From: the human T2T-CHM13v2.0 reference genome, Homo sapiens
Length of the DNA: 64,000 nucleotides
Assembly: GCF_009914755.1 (NCBI RefSeq)
Contig: NC_060926.1
Direction: 5' to 3' (one strand)
Below are positions 27,988-40,454 of this stretch, piece after piece. The stretch's first letter is position 1, and every line of letters starts with the position of its first letter. The notes under the pieces were generated by a model. That model was not told where the DNA came from and made no database searches. It saw only the letters and a program-made list of their open reading frames with translations. The translations under genes were made by a program, and so were the position numbers.

Positions 27988-30636
27988 AAAACCAAAAACA
28001 AAGCCAAAAAAAAAAAAATCCCAAACACAACAATCCATGATTGTTCAATGACTCCTGATGCCGGGAGGACAGGCTGTTAAAAGAATTTGTCTCCCACAAT
28101 ATCTCTGGAGTGGGCACAAAGCCCATCACCTGTTAGTGATCACAGACATTCAGTTAACCTGTCCTTCCAGTAATCAGAGACAACAATTCAGACCCTGGAC
28201 TTCTCAGAATCCATGTACTGCTGAGTCTTGGCTTTGAGACAAGACAAGTCTTGGCTAAATTGAGGCAGGACAGCAGCCCCTTCCATATGTTTGGTCCCAT
28301 TTGATAGAAAGTCTAATTTAGAGTTATAAATGTGCTCATCTATTTACTCTGAGCTCAATCTAATTTGACAGGTAATTCCTCACATTTTCTCCATTAGCCA
28401 GCTGAGAGTCAGCTGTGGTAGAGACACACGACATGGGTTCAAGCCCCTCATGAGCCCTGTGGTGGCTGGCAAGTCCTTTCCTTTCTTTAAGCCTTAATCT
28501 CCTCACTTGATAGAGGGGGAGAAATTGACCCAATGATGATAAATATTGTGTGGTTCTATATTTCTAGCCTAGACAATTGTTGCTCAAGTGTAACATGTGA
28601 CTGCCAAATAGGATATCTCTTAAGATGAATATCTCCTAACTTTCCTCACCTGGTATGATCACATATTCTGGCTTCCTCTAAGGTTTAGAATCTGTAGGTT
28701 CAAAAAGGTCTTGAAGACCACCTAGCATATTTCTATTCTGATGAGAGAAACTCCATCCAAGCAGCTGTACTTTTTCAACTTGAAAATCTCCAAGGAAAAG
28801 AGCCTTTTCCTTCTGTTGACTAATGTTTAGATGCAGACCAGGGAATCTTTCCTGTCACTTGGCTGAACTCCCTTGCTAAAACAACATAAGACAAGTATTT
28901 TTTCCCCTTTATTGGAGGATCCAAGGGAAGATCAGCTGGTCACTAAAGTCCAGAAAGCAATGGAGTCTTATAGCTCATTCCTGGGATGTTGCAAATAATG
29001 CCAAACTCTGATGTACTCAGACTCAACTTCTAGGATTATCATTCACTAAATGCCTGGGTGACTCCTTCTAGTGGAAACAGGCAAGTAACAATATAGACCA
29101 GACTGAGGATTTACTTAGAAGGGTTGAATCCCATCCCATAGTATGTATTCACAGCCACATGGTATAAAAGGAAGAGCATGGAGTCAAGAGTGAAGCATCC
29201 TGGGTTCTAGGCCCACATGGGAGCCATCCTGTATGACCACATCCTCTGGGTTTCATTTTTCCTTAGGAGGTCAGAATCAGAGATTTTCATGATTCCATTC
29301 GAACTAAGCTCTGATGTACAGAGAGAATGACTGCAGGCTTCATAATATTGTTCATCAACAAGACAAGGTGGGGCAAATGCTTGCTGGATACTACGTACTA
29401 AGGAAGAAGGGCGGAGTCAGTCATTTTATCGGCATTAACCTTACAGGGCTCTTGAAGATTGTTTTAATTGCCCATTTTAGAGACAAGGAGGTTAAGACTC
29501 AGAAAGCTTAAACACATTTCTCAAGATCACATTATGAATCATTAGTAAGGCCAGGAGTAAATTCAGGTGCACCAGGGCTTTTATATTGCAACAAGCTAGC
29601 AACGGGGTTGGGGAAGAGCTACTTTTTAAAAACCTGGGAAATAGAAAACATGGATTTTTTTTCCCTCTAAATTCCCCTAGTTTTCTGGTAACTAATGCAG
29701 TATCCTAGACCTTTGTTCTCATATGAATGGTCTTCAGAGAACAGGGCTCTTATGAGGGGTGGCTGTGCACCCAGAACTCTGCAGGTAACTGGAAGGTTGC
29801 TAAACTCACAAATAACTTCAAAGCCAGAGCTCCATTTCCCTAATCCCTGTAGGCAGAGGGCTGAAGCAGAGAGATGGCTGTCCTGTTGCCTGAGTGCACC
29901 TCTGAGGACCTGTCTCCCAGTTCCAAGACAGCCACCTTCATCAGTCCAGTGGCAACAGCACATCTATCTATTTCTGCTGCTCTCCCACTAACTGAAAAAA
30001 ATACAGGAGATTTTTTTTTCATGTGAAATTAAAGGAGAACATTAGAGGGATATAAATCCAAACAGAAAAGGAGTATGCTGATTAATAAAACACGTGCAAA
30101 CAGAAAAGTTGCACGTGTGGACTGCAGTCTGAGGACAGAGAGGGGGTGTGCTGAATTCGAAACACTTGGGTTTAATTCTCCACATGCATTTTTCTTGGAT
30201 TCCTCTCTTCCTCTGTCAAGATAACAGTTGTGTTTCTTGTAGCTGAGCCGACACAGGAAATCAAATATTTTGTGTTTCTATAAACTATACTTCCCAGAGA
30301 GATAACACATCTAGAATTAAAATACTACCACAAACAATTAGGAATTTTTTATCGTTATAGATGTTGTTAAAGGACTCCAGTAGCAAAGATCAAAGTCTCC
30401 GAATTTTGCCTTTGGAGAAGGGGGTTTCATTTCAGACATCAAAGGTAAGGCTCTCAAGTCAATTTATGCTCTGCTGGGTTGAGTCAGTCAGGATACAAAT
30501 TAAGGTCCATATATTTCAGTGACAAGAAGGAAACGGTTATGTAAATACACAAGTATTAACATCAATCTGTATTAAATTATGTAAACATATACATCTTCTG
30601 AGGTCAGCACATAGATCCTCTTCTTTGAGCAGAGCT

Positions 30637-30700
30637 CTACTGAAGCATTGCTCGAATCTGTTTGGAAGTTGATTCATCGTTCAAGTGCTTTGTAGTGAAC
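30637..30700 (-). CDS. CYRIA: CYRIA last coding exon, CDS part ((R)[20 protein letters not shown])
   Basis: Acceptor ccatccag|G; TAG stop at 30639-30637. The nine exons total 902 nt; adding 70 nt upstream gives 972 nt = 323 aa + stop, the length I recall for CYRI-A. Confidence 0.97.
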
Positions 30701-32199
30701 CTGGATGGAGAGAGAATGGTAGAGGTTAGCGGCAAACAGTGCTCTGTGTAAGCTTCAGCCCATCTTTACCTTCGGAAACACAATTGATATTTGGGCTTAT
30801 TTCTTTAGACAAAAATCCACACTTCAATGCTCACAGTCATCTCAGATTTAATATTTGATTCTTCCTTCCAAAGGAATTTTGTATTATGGTTATTAAACCA
30901 AGTAGATATTTTACATAATCAAATAATTACACAGAGGAGATATGAGCGGTCTCATTTTCTAGGGAGGTGGATTTCACAGGATTGAGTGCAGAATCCTGAC
31001 CACTGAGGCTGCCCCTGCTAACTCACAAATTTCAGAATAGAGATTTGCATAGCAACATTGCCCAGAACTGGAATGTTTATGGTTCTCCACTTTCCTGGCA
31101 ATGCTTAATTAACCTCATTGCCACCACAAGGGGGCACAAATGCTGGTAAGCAAACCCACAAAAATGGTGCAATCTGCAGCCTCCCAATAGCCGGGTGTAG
31201 AAATCATTTATGCAAAAGAAGGAAAAGAGAATTAACATGTAATAAAACTTTGGCCAGGTCATGGGCGCTCCATGTTAAGTTTCGTGTTACAATAACTTTG
31301 TAAAGGTGAGGTCATTGCCTTCATTTTATAGAAAAGAAAACTAAGATTCAGAGAGGTTAAATGATCTATTCCAGATCACAAGGTTACTGAATTGAGATTT
31401 GTGATTTCTGATTCAAACCTATATTTTGCTATCTGGAAAGCCTGTGCTCCTCTGACATCATCACAGTGCCTCCAGGAGGTACAAATTCTAACAAATCAGA
31501 TGGGACTCAGGGCCTAGCACAGAGTTTTGCTTGATTGAATGATGCTGGAAAGCTCAACACACTCAGAAGTTAAAGCCTTATTCATGTGTATAGAAAGTCA
31601 TCCTGGGTGTGAAATGGACACCAGGAGAAAACCTTAGTTTTTCCCACAGACTCTGGAAGGCTCTTACATTAATACTAAGTCTCTTCTAAAGGATGATGAC
31701 TTAGCAACACAGCAAAACAGCATCAACCTCAGGGTCTATTTTGTTCATTTTGTGTGTGTCTCAGTTTCTTCATTTATTAAGTGGGGGTAACAGATCACCC
31801 TTACCTCTCTGACTTGTGATGATTAAATGAGACAATATGATTAGAAGTGGAGTATAAAACATGAGCATTGTACATAGGTAGAGCATTATTGATCCATCCC
31901 ACTTAGACTTATTGAACACTTACTGCATGTACAACACTGAGTGGAACTCAGGGGACTCAAAGATGAATAAGACAACAGGGACCATAAACCTTCTGGACTG
32001 CAATCTAGTATCAGAATGATTTACATAGCAGTGTGATTCAACCAATTCTTGTAGATGTGTCAGAGCTAAAAAAAGCATCCCCTCTCTGAAATGGATTAAG
32101 CACATGCATCCCTGGGAAGAAAGCAGCTGCCTAGGCATCACTTGTTAGCAGTGAGAAGCTGAAACATGCCACAGCTGGCCAAATATTTAGGCATCTAGA

Positions 32200-32405
32200 C
32201 AGTGGGTTCTCAATTCTGGTAGCTGCACATGTGAACCACCTGGGGAGCTTTAGAATAAACAAAGAAACACAAAATGGATACCTGAGACCCTAGCCCAGAG
32301 ATTCCGATTCATTTGGTCTTGAGTCACATGCAGTCAGAATCACACAGAGTGTTTTCAAAAGGTACCCACATAATCCTCAAGTGCAGCCAGGTTTGGGAAC
32401 CACTG
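32200..32405 (+). mobile_element. MER5A-type hAT MITE
   Basis: TIRs cagtgggttctcaa ... ttgggaaccactg; internal cacctggggagctt. Confidence 0.8.
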
Positions 32406-32769
32406 GTAAAGTGGAAAGTGAGAGCCTGGAAGCCTCTTGTTCTGAGGAGTCTCTTTAAGCCCCAAAGCAGTGTGGCTGAGAATCAGGTCCATGACCCGTG
32501 GGGTCACCCACACCTGGGTTCAGGTCCTAGCTTGGCCATTTACTGTGTGACTTTTGGCAAGTTATTTGACTTCCTTAAATCTCATTTTTTTTCCATCTTT
32601 AAAAATGGGAATGATAAAAATGGTGCTGACCTCAAAAGATTGTTAGGAAGATTCAATGTGTTAAAATATGCAAGGGTTAAGTTTGGTGCTATCCACAACA
32701 GTATTTAAATTTGCAATGGCCCTGAAAGGCTGGCTGTTCCCTGTGAGCTGACACAGGGTTGAAGCTCAC

Positions 32770-32840
32770 CTGAGGGCATTTAGCAGCCCCTCCACACTGT
32801 CTGGGGCCTGCTCCTTCAAAACTTTTATGCAGCCTTTCAT
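32770..32840 (-). CDS. CYRIA: CYRIA coding exon (71 nt; MKGCIKVLKEQAPDSVEGLLNAL+AG)
   Basis: Acceptor ctcctag|ATG, donor AG|gtgagc; phase consistent. Confidence 0.97.
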
Positions 32841-35800
32841 CTAGGAGGAGAAAGCACAATGTTTGTTAATATCTTAGTAATACTGTCTATGCCAATATCT
32901 ACCCATAATAACATGTGCCCATAATGTCACATTATATCTTCCCATAGAAATCCAACGCAGAAATGACCAACAGGTTTTCCTACCCCCTCAGGCTGGTGAG
33001 CTGTTCCTCTGGGCTTCTAGAGGATTCTGTATGACTGCAATCATTATCAATTTTCATACTATTTGCAATTGTACATTTCACTTGCCTGGCTTTAGGGACA
33101 AAGACTTGAGACTTTGATCTTGCCTTGTACTATGGAGCCAAATGCAGGGCCTTCCATCCACTCAGTGCTCAGTTTCCATGTCTATGTCTATGTTGGACAT
33201 GTCTATGTCCAAGTCTATGTCTCAGTTGAGATTTACTGAATAAAATCTGAATAATTTTATGCCATTCTTCTGCCCTGAATGTTTTCTGTCCTTCACCTGT
33301 TTGACTGGCAAACCCTTAACACTTATTTTAGACCCAGCTGAAGATCATTACCTCCTGGAATCCTATTCTGACCTCACTACCTTCATTAGGTAGAAGCAAC
33401 CAACACCTTTCTGTGCTCCCAATACGACTCTGTCATTTATCAGAGAAACTTGGAGAATTTAGTGCCCATATTAACTTCTTTCTTCACTAGACCAGGAGCT
33501 CCTGGAGGTCCAAGTCTATGTCTCAGCCATCTTTGAGAGGACTGATGAAGGGCCACTGTTCAGAATGTGAACTTCACAGATGCTAAATGCCTGAGTTTCC
33601 TTCATGCTTGTTTCTTTAGTATCTTCACAAACCTAGGCAAGTGTCTTAGCTTTTTGTGTCTGTATAATATAGTTGACCCGTAATTTGGGAAGTGCATGGA
33701 AACTGAATTTATATAGATCACATTACATTATGCATATCCTGGAGTGTTTTTTGGCAAAGCAAGAATCTTTCTGCAAAGCTATTCATATGCTGTTATATAT
33801 TGGATTTGGTTATACTTAGGGCCCCTTTTGTAACAGCCCTTAGAAACATTTTCTGTCATTGTGCTTCTTGCATGTCAAAAGTTTTATCTTACGGCCTGAT
33901 AGACCCTGATAGACTGATGGAGGCTGCCAGAAAACAGGGTTGGGAATCATGTGAGGATCACTACAGGTGCATCAAAAAAGAATGTCATGGCAAACGAGAG
34001 GTGTCTGTCATGCATACCGGATTGGGAGAAGCTACAAGCATGCCAGGTATATGCCACCCCAGACCTGGGATGGCATCAGGCCCAGGGATGCAGAGATTCT
34101 GTCCCTCTCCCATAGTTGATTATCACAGTGTGGAAGTGTTCTTATGAACCAGGCCTAAGAAGCAGTGACAATGCAGATGTGGAAGGGGTGGAAGAGCAGG
34201 GAATGCTGTTTGGGAATCCGGAGTTCCACTTAGGGTGATTTAAGCTGTAGGTATGAATAACAAGATGCTGTCAAGGATGCAGTTGGGGCCAGATGCAGTG
34301 TGAATTCGACAGCATGTTCAGGAGCTGGGGGCTTTACCTGTGGAAAACATCCTTGATAGGTGTTAAATAATCTAGTGATGTGGTTAATATGGAAAAGGAC
34401 CAGAAGGAAGCAAGAACAGAGAGAGAAGGGGCAGTGAGAGCCCCTGAGGGTGTGAGGTGTGGGAGCAGCAGTGGGCATGGAGGAGCAAGTAGAGACAGGG
34501 ACTAATCTGAGGTCAACTCCATAGGATTTGGTGACTGATGAGATATGGGGTGAAGAAGCCATTCCTCATTCTCAGGGACAATTTTAGCCTCTGGCTTAGA
34601 CACTGGTTGGAGGACGATGAAATACCTGAGACGGGAACCCAGGAGAAGGAACAGGTTTGTGGGGGGAGGGGAATCTCTGTTTTGGGGATGGCCATATTTC
34701 AGGTGTCCATGGGAAATGGGGTCTGGAATTCTGGATAAAATCTGAGATGGAGACAGGGGTTAAGAGGTGATTACTTATTGGGTCATTTCAAAAGATTCTA
34801 AGGAAATCAATTGAAAACACCATCTCCCCAAACCCTCCTTTCCTGGCATTCACAATTAGCATTTCTTTAATAAATGGCTTGTGCCGCCTTGGTAGCCACT
34901 TGGATGATTCCCCCTGCCTGGAGGACTCTGCTTTCCCTCTGTCCTTTTGGGATAATCCTACATCTTCTTCAAGGTCCACCTCAAACATCACCCTCTGTCT
35001 CTGCTCTTCGGCAAAACGAGTTTCTCCCTCCCCCTAGGTTTCCAGAGCTCACTGCATGTCTATTCTGCACTCCAAAGCATGCCCTTTGTAAGTACACACA
35101 CAGTGCCTGCCTCTCTCAGGCCCTCACGAAGAGATCCTGGGGTTTTCACAGTTGATGCTGATGCCCTAATGATTTACGAGCCCAGTGACTATAACTGCTG
35201 GCTTAGAAACAGACTAGTATCTGAATGGAGACCCTATATGTCGTAAAAAAAAAATGGCCCATCTCAAATGGTTTACCGTGCTTATTAAGCCTGAAACTTT
35301 CTTAGAGGTACACGCAAACATCCATATGAACAAACCTTACGTAGTGCTTTTGACCTCCACGGACAAAAGCAAACTTCATCAAGACTATGCGTGAAGACTT
35401 AACATGATATACTGTTTACAGCCTCAACTGAAAGACTCAGTAAATAACATATAAAGCCAAGCTTTTTAAAGATTAGGGCTACAAGGCATAATTTTACCCA
35501 GTGTATTTTTAATTGTTGACTCTGTGACAAGTTAACAAATGGCTATGGTAATGAGAATATCTTATGAGTCTCAGGTAATGAACTCAACCCATAGTCAAAT
35601 AATATTTACAGAGTTATTTATACTCAATCTATAGTATGAAAATGTTAAAGCCTCACAAAGGATACAGTAAAAATATTTATTGGTATAAAAATGCCCATGA
35701 TACACTTTTATGTAAATGAAATATGTTTCAAAATAGCACGTAAAGCAGGGTACTAATTTGTTAAGGACATCCACACACATGTCCACACAAGCATCTATAC

Positions 35801-37160
35801 TAAAAGAAGGTACACGTGCATGCTGCTGTATGAACGGTGATCCTCTGCCTATGGTGAGGTTATTACAGGATATATTTAATTTACTATGTCTTGATTTTCT
35901 AAGTGTCAAAATTTTTTTCACATAAATATTTATTTTCTTGGTACATAGAAATAATTACATTAAAAATAATAAAGAGTCTATGAAGAAACATGACTAACTA
36001 TACTACGAACTCAGAACCTTAAAATAAGTAATCCAAGTTACATTTTTTATTGATACATTATCTTGCATTCTTCAGACCTATGGCCCTCCTGGGCATGTAG
36101 ACTTTCTCTTGCATAGGGCCAGAGCATCAGGACACTGTTCTCTGCAGATGAGTGAACACAGTGTGTCACCCAGACTCGGCTATACTGGAGTAAGTAAGTT
36201 ACTACCAAGAGATGCTATTCTGCACTTTAAAGGCTTTAAATGAGTACATGGAATACACTATTGGGTTGGTGCTAGAGGCAAGTGCTGGATGAAGAGGAGG
36301 TGTGCTTTATGCCACAATCAACAGCAAAGCAACTGTGCACCAAAATCATGTGTTTTCAATTATCTTCATTCATTCATTCATTCATCCATCAAAACACCTA
36401 CAGCGTGTCTGTTGAGTTCCACCCACTATGTGCCAGGTACTGTGTGAGGCAATAGAGCAGACATGAGGTATATAGATTATGGTCCCTGTCCTTGTCAAGA
36501 AATTGTCTGTGAGGGAGTCAGAAAATACAGAACGGTGAGTGCTCTGGCGACCAGAGAAGCAAGAAGGCTTGTCCTATGCAGAAAATGTGTTCTTAGATGA
36601 GGCGATGTTTGAAACATGTCTGAAAGGAACCCACCCATCAGAGAGGAAGAGGAAGGGCTCTCTCGGCAAGAGAAAGGACTCACACATATCACGTATATCC
36701 AAATGATGAGGAAAGGCATGGGACATGAGTGGAGCAACAGGTAGTGGTGGGAGAGGAAGTGAAAGGTAATTTGGGATTTGACCATAGTGTCTTGTAATGT
36801 AGTATCTCCCAACTCTTCACAATAGGACACACATAGAATAGAAACCATCTATTTGTACAGCACACTGGGTAAATGAAGGGACTGCATGCAACTAAGTGAC
36901 TGTTCATTTGCTCAGCTCCATTAGAGACTGAGGGGATCAGCATCATAACATTGCTGCTGTGCTTTTGAGGTTGAGTGTTTTTTCCTAAGCACAAGAAAAA
37001 GCCTGGACATCTTGCTGTGAGGACAGCTGCCAGGATGGGCTGTGCATCTTAGAAAGATCACTCTCAGTGGAGAGGTCCTGAGGTGCCTGAGGAAGAAAAA
37101 CAAGGTCTGGCAACATTCATGGGCCCTTATTTGGAAAGCACATTTCACAACTATTCTTAC

Positions 37161-37287
37161 ATCGATCTTGGATGTCTTGCAGAAAGCTCCCACAGGGTGG
37201 ACATGGTCATAGAGGATGATGACTCCCACCATCACCCTCATGCAGAACATCAGGGTCTCTTCACTCGTAAACCTACTTCTGTACTCC
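37161..37287 (-). CDS. CYRIA: CYRIA coding exon (127 nt; (P)[42 protein letters not shown])
   Basis: Acceptor cttgcag|G, donor GAT|gtaaga; overlaps ORF 36921..37250. Confidence 0.98.
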
Positions 37288-38690
37288 CTGCAAGAGAAGA
37301 AACAGCAGTGGCGTCACTTCCTTGTCAGAACATGTGCGTTCTTTGGCCCCACAACTGGATACTTTAGATGCCTCCAATCCTCTCTTGGGAACAATCCCAG
37401 ACCTGCAACAACCAGTTAATATGCTTCTGAGGAAATCCATGATGATAATTCTCCTTGAATCTATTCAACCAGCAATTCAGTGTGAAAATGAAGTAAATTA
37501 AAGGGCAGTAAATTCCCTTCTCATCTGCCCTTCAGCGGGCTAGCTCATCATGTACCTCACTCCTCCACCTATCAATCTTGAATATTTTATAGCAGGTCCC
37601 TCTGGCTGTCCAAGATTATAGAGAGTAATGGCTTCATTACAGAGAAAAAGAATTAGGCTCATTTCTACGGAGCAGCTATCATGTCTCCAGTCGGAGTAAC
37701 TTCCTTTGTTAAAACACAGGCTGCAGATTGTATTGGATTGGCAAAAATACCTTAAAAAACTATGTATCATTCATTGAGCATCCAAGAGTATTTGTAGAGT
37801 TTGAATTTTGTTCACTTACCTTGACAGGGTCACTGATGATTCAGATAATTCAGGCCAATTCTAGAGGCTTTTTTCCTAGAGGCTTTCTTAGCATCTATTT
37901 CATTATGAATTGGCTCTGCAATGAAGATGATTACTATTTCTGCCTTGGAATAAATCTTAACTTTGGTACAAGTGAAATATTTGAAATTAATGCCATCTTA
38001 CATTTGAACAGGCTATCAGATTTTATAAGGTACTCTTGATGGCTTTGGTCTTCCTAAAGACTCTGCAAAGTAGATGGCCTTATGGGAACTTCATTAGATG
38101 AGGAACCCGAGGCTCAGGAAGTCAGGCCAGTTATTTACAGGCATAGTAGGGGCTACAGCCATAAATGGAACTCAGAATTTTGAGCACAGATTACCATGCT
38201 GCTTCATCCTCAATATTCTCAATCATTTTTAAATCTAACAAGTAGCAACTAGTTTAGGTACAAAAAGAGACAGAGAGAGAGAGAAAGAGAGAGACCTCCA
38301 TTTTCACTCTTGAAACAGTCTTATCATGTCAACTCCTGGTTTTATATCTTCTCTACAATATATTTATCATGATGTCCCATCATTTAACACACCCTCCATT
38401 TGGTTCTTACAGATCTTCTACAGCATCTGTGATCTGAGCCTTGGTTCTGCCACCTGACAAGCTATGCAGTTGTTGGGAAGTCAGTCAACCACTTTGGGCC
38501 TCAGCTTCTTCAGCTATGCAGTAGTGATAGTGACACCTACCACTCAGAGTTCTTAGTGAAATTAAAGCAGATAATATACATGAAAACTTTAGGGTGTTGA
38601 CCCAAATGTTACATATCATTAACATCATCATCTTAACAGACACTGGCTGGGTGAAGTCTCAACCACGAATACATCTCTGATTTAACTTAC

Positions 38691-38770
38691 GGAGTTTCCA
38701 GCATGACTTTACAGACACTTGTCATTGTGCTGAGGCAGTCTGTGGTGTTCTCTATTGGCAGAGTTTTGTT
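38691..38770 (-). CDS. CYRIA: CYRIA coding exon (80 nt; [26 protein letters not shown]+CC)
   Basis: Acceptor catttag|AAC, donor CC|gtaagt; follows a 91-nt intron (38771-38861). Confidence 0.97.
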
Positions 38771-38861
38771 CTAAATGGGAGACACAAATGTACATTAGTC
38801 CTGCTTGCAGCTCTTGTGTGGAATTAAGGAAAAAAGCACCTCGTTGCTCAACTTCACTTAC

Positions 38862-38978
38862 TTCAGAGACAAAGTGCATTGTGGCATTGCTAAGGGTTTT
38901 CAGCATTGGCGTGGCTTCTGCATAGAAGAGGGACATTCGATTGGCCATCTCATTATTGACTTCATTCTCAATGTCTAG
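38862..38978 (-). CDS. CYRIA: CYRIA coding exon (117 nt; [39 protein letters not shown])
   Basis: Acceptor ttcatcag|CTA, donor GAA|gtaagt; visible in ORF 38709..39071. Confidence 0.98.
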
Positions 38979-39156
38979 CTGATGAAAATAAGAAGAGAAG
39001 ATGGATTTATAAAGAGAAAGTCCAAATCCTCCAAATACTTTTCTCTGGAACTGAATTACAGACAAGGACATTGTCTTCTGTCTGTGCTCTGCCTGATGCA
39101 GAAATCAAAAGAGTCATGGAGAAGGGTGCAAAGGTCAAGGCGACCCAGGGACTCAC

Positions 39157-39234
39157 GTGCATGTTGTTGATGCGGTTGCGACTGATTGTTCTTCTGTAGT
39201 AGCTGAAGTCATTCTGAATAGCCGGGTTCCTCAT
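39157..39234 (-). CDS. CYRIA: CYRIA coding exon (78 nt; [26 protein letters not shown]), Rac1-binding segment
   Basis: Acceptor tttcag|ATG, donor CAC|gtgagt; DUF1394/CYFIP-type motif [13 protein letters not shown]; also visible in ORF 39007..39252. Confidence 0.98.
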
Positions 39235-39705
39235 CTGAAATTCAGAGGACAAGAGCGAAGGTCATCTCTCAGTATCAGATGGGGTATATGCATTAGGAGG
39301 AGCCCAGACACTAGATTTTATAAATACTCCAGGACTTCTCTTTGTTACATAAGAGTCAAAGCAACTTCTGGTTAGAAATAAGGACCCACAACTTCATTAT
39401 TTTAAAATATGCCCTGTGGGCTAGATTTCAGGGAAAGTATATTTGGTCTCAATGTGGAACAGATACTTGAAAAGGTTTTCTCTGATTTCATTTGGCAGAT
39501 TTAAAATTTCCATATACAAATCATCATCTTAAATTACTTTTACCACATGGAATGCAAATTCTCACCACATTATATGTCTCTCTAGGGAAGGAATTACATC
39601 TTACTCATTTCTCTACCCACCCACCCCACAGCACTAACAGAACAGCTGTAAACAGTAGGTACTCAGTACAAGTTTATTAAATTTTCACAGCACATTTGGC
39701 CTAAC

Positions 39706-39842
39706 CTTCAGCTCATCGAATCGAAGGGTAAAATGTAAAATTTCGGCAAACTCCTTTGCCAGGGCCTGTTCCCTTTCCAGGTGTTGGGTTGGTGTGTAGG
39801 GTGGACAAGTCAGAGATTCCAATAAACTCTGAAGAGCTTTTT
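39706..39842 (-). CDS. CYRIA: CYRIA coding exon (137 nt; (E)[45 protein letters not shown])
   Basis: Acceptor ttttcag|AA, donor AAG|gttagg; 2 nt + 45 codons. Confidence 0.97.
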
Positions 39843-40454
39843 CTGAAAATCAAAGGGATAAATAGATATGTTGGAGGTGGCCCACAGAGGTCCTTCAAAG
39901 AACACAATTCCCAGCCTCAGTTGACAATCTCGGAGATCACCTGCTTGAGTCTCTCCCGATAACTACGTGAGGTGTGCTGCATGTGGACGAGGAAGAGAAG
40001 GAATCCCACATGGCTGGGCAGGCAGCCTCCCCTGAGGAAACCCCCCATGGCCACAGTGTTTTGTAAATTTCTTTCTAAGCTCAGCTGGACCTGGACATAT
40101 TTAGTAATCTCAATTTCTGACACTGTTAGAAAACCACAGATATGTGTTTTTGGGTCATGTGCATGAGACAGCCATTCATGATTCAGGATGAGATGAGACG
40201 GTGCCCTAAACACATGGGTTAGATGACCGGCTTTGCAGGGAAAGACCTCTGCCCCTATTGGACTTTTCTCTGCATCTACATTCTAACCTAATCCCAAGAA
40301 TATTTTTCTATGAACCCATTGCCCTATCTACCTCCATTATTTTTCTTGCAACAGTTTCACCACTCCCACTTGTCTGTTTCTCTAAACAGTCCCTTATAGC
40401 TTGTTCTTCAATATATTTCTAATAGCACAGAGTCATTTAACCAATCCTCTAAAG

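Larger units (their letters stand above)
27160..30636 (-). other. CYRIA: CYRIA 3' UTR (long isoform; 3' end approximate)
   Basis: Continuous with the stop exon; AT-rich and repeat-poor. Minus-strand ATTAAA at 27187-27182, with a U-rich stretch upstream and GU/U-rich sequence downstream. Confidence 0.7.

Noticed and set aside
30631-30639. Stop-codon readthrough
   Set aside because: Context is UAG-AGC, not the leaky UGA-CUAG type.
37083-37419. Plus-strand ORFs overlapping CYRIA exons (also 38982..39375, 39756..39962)
   Set aside because: Antisense shadows of real coding exons; no splice or promoter support.
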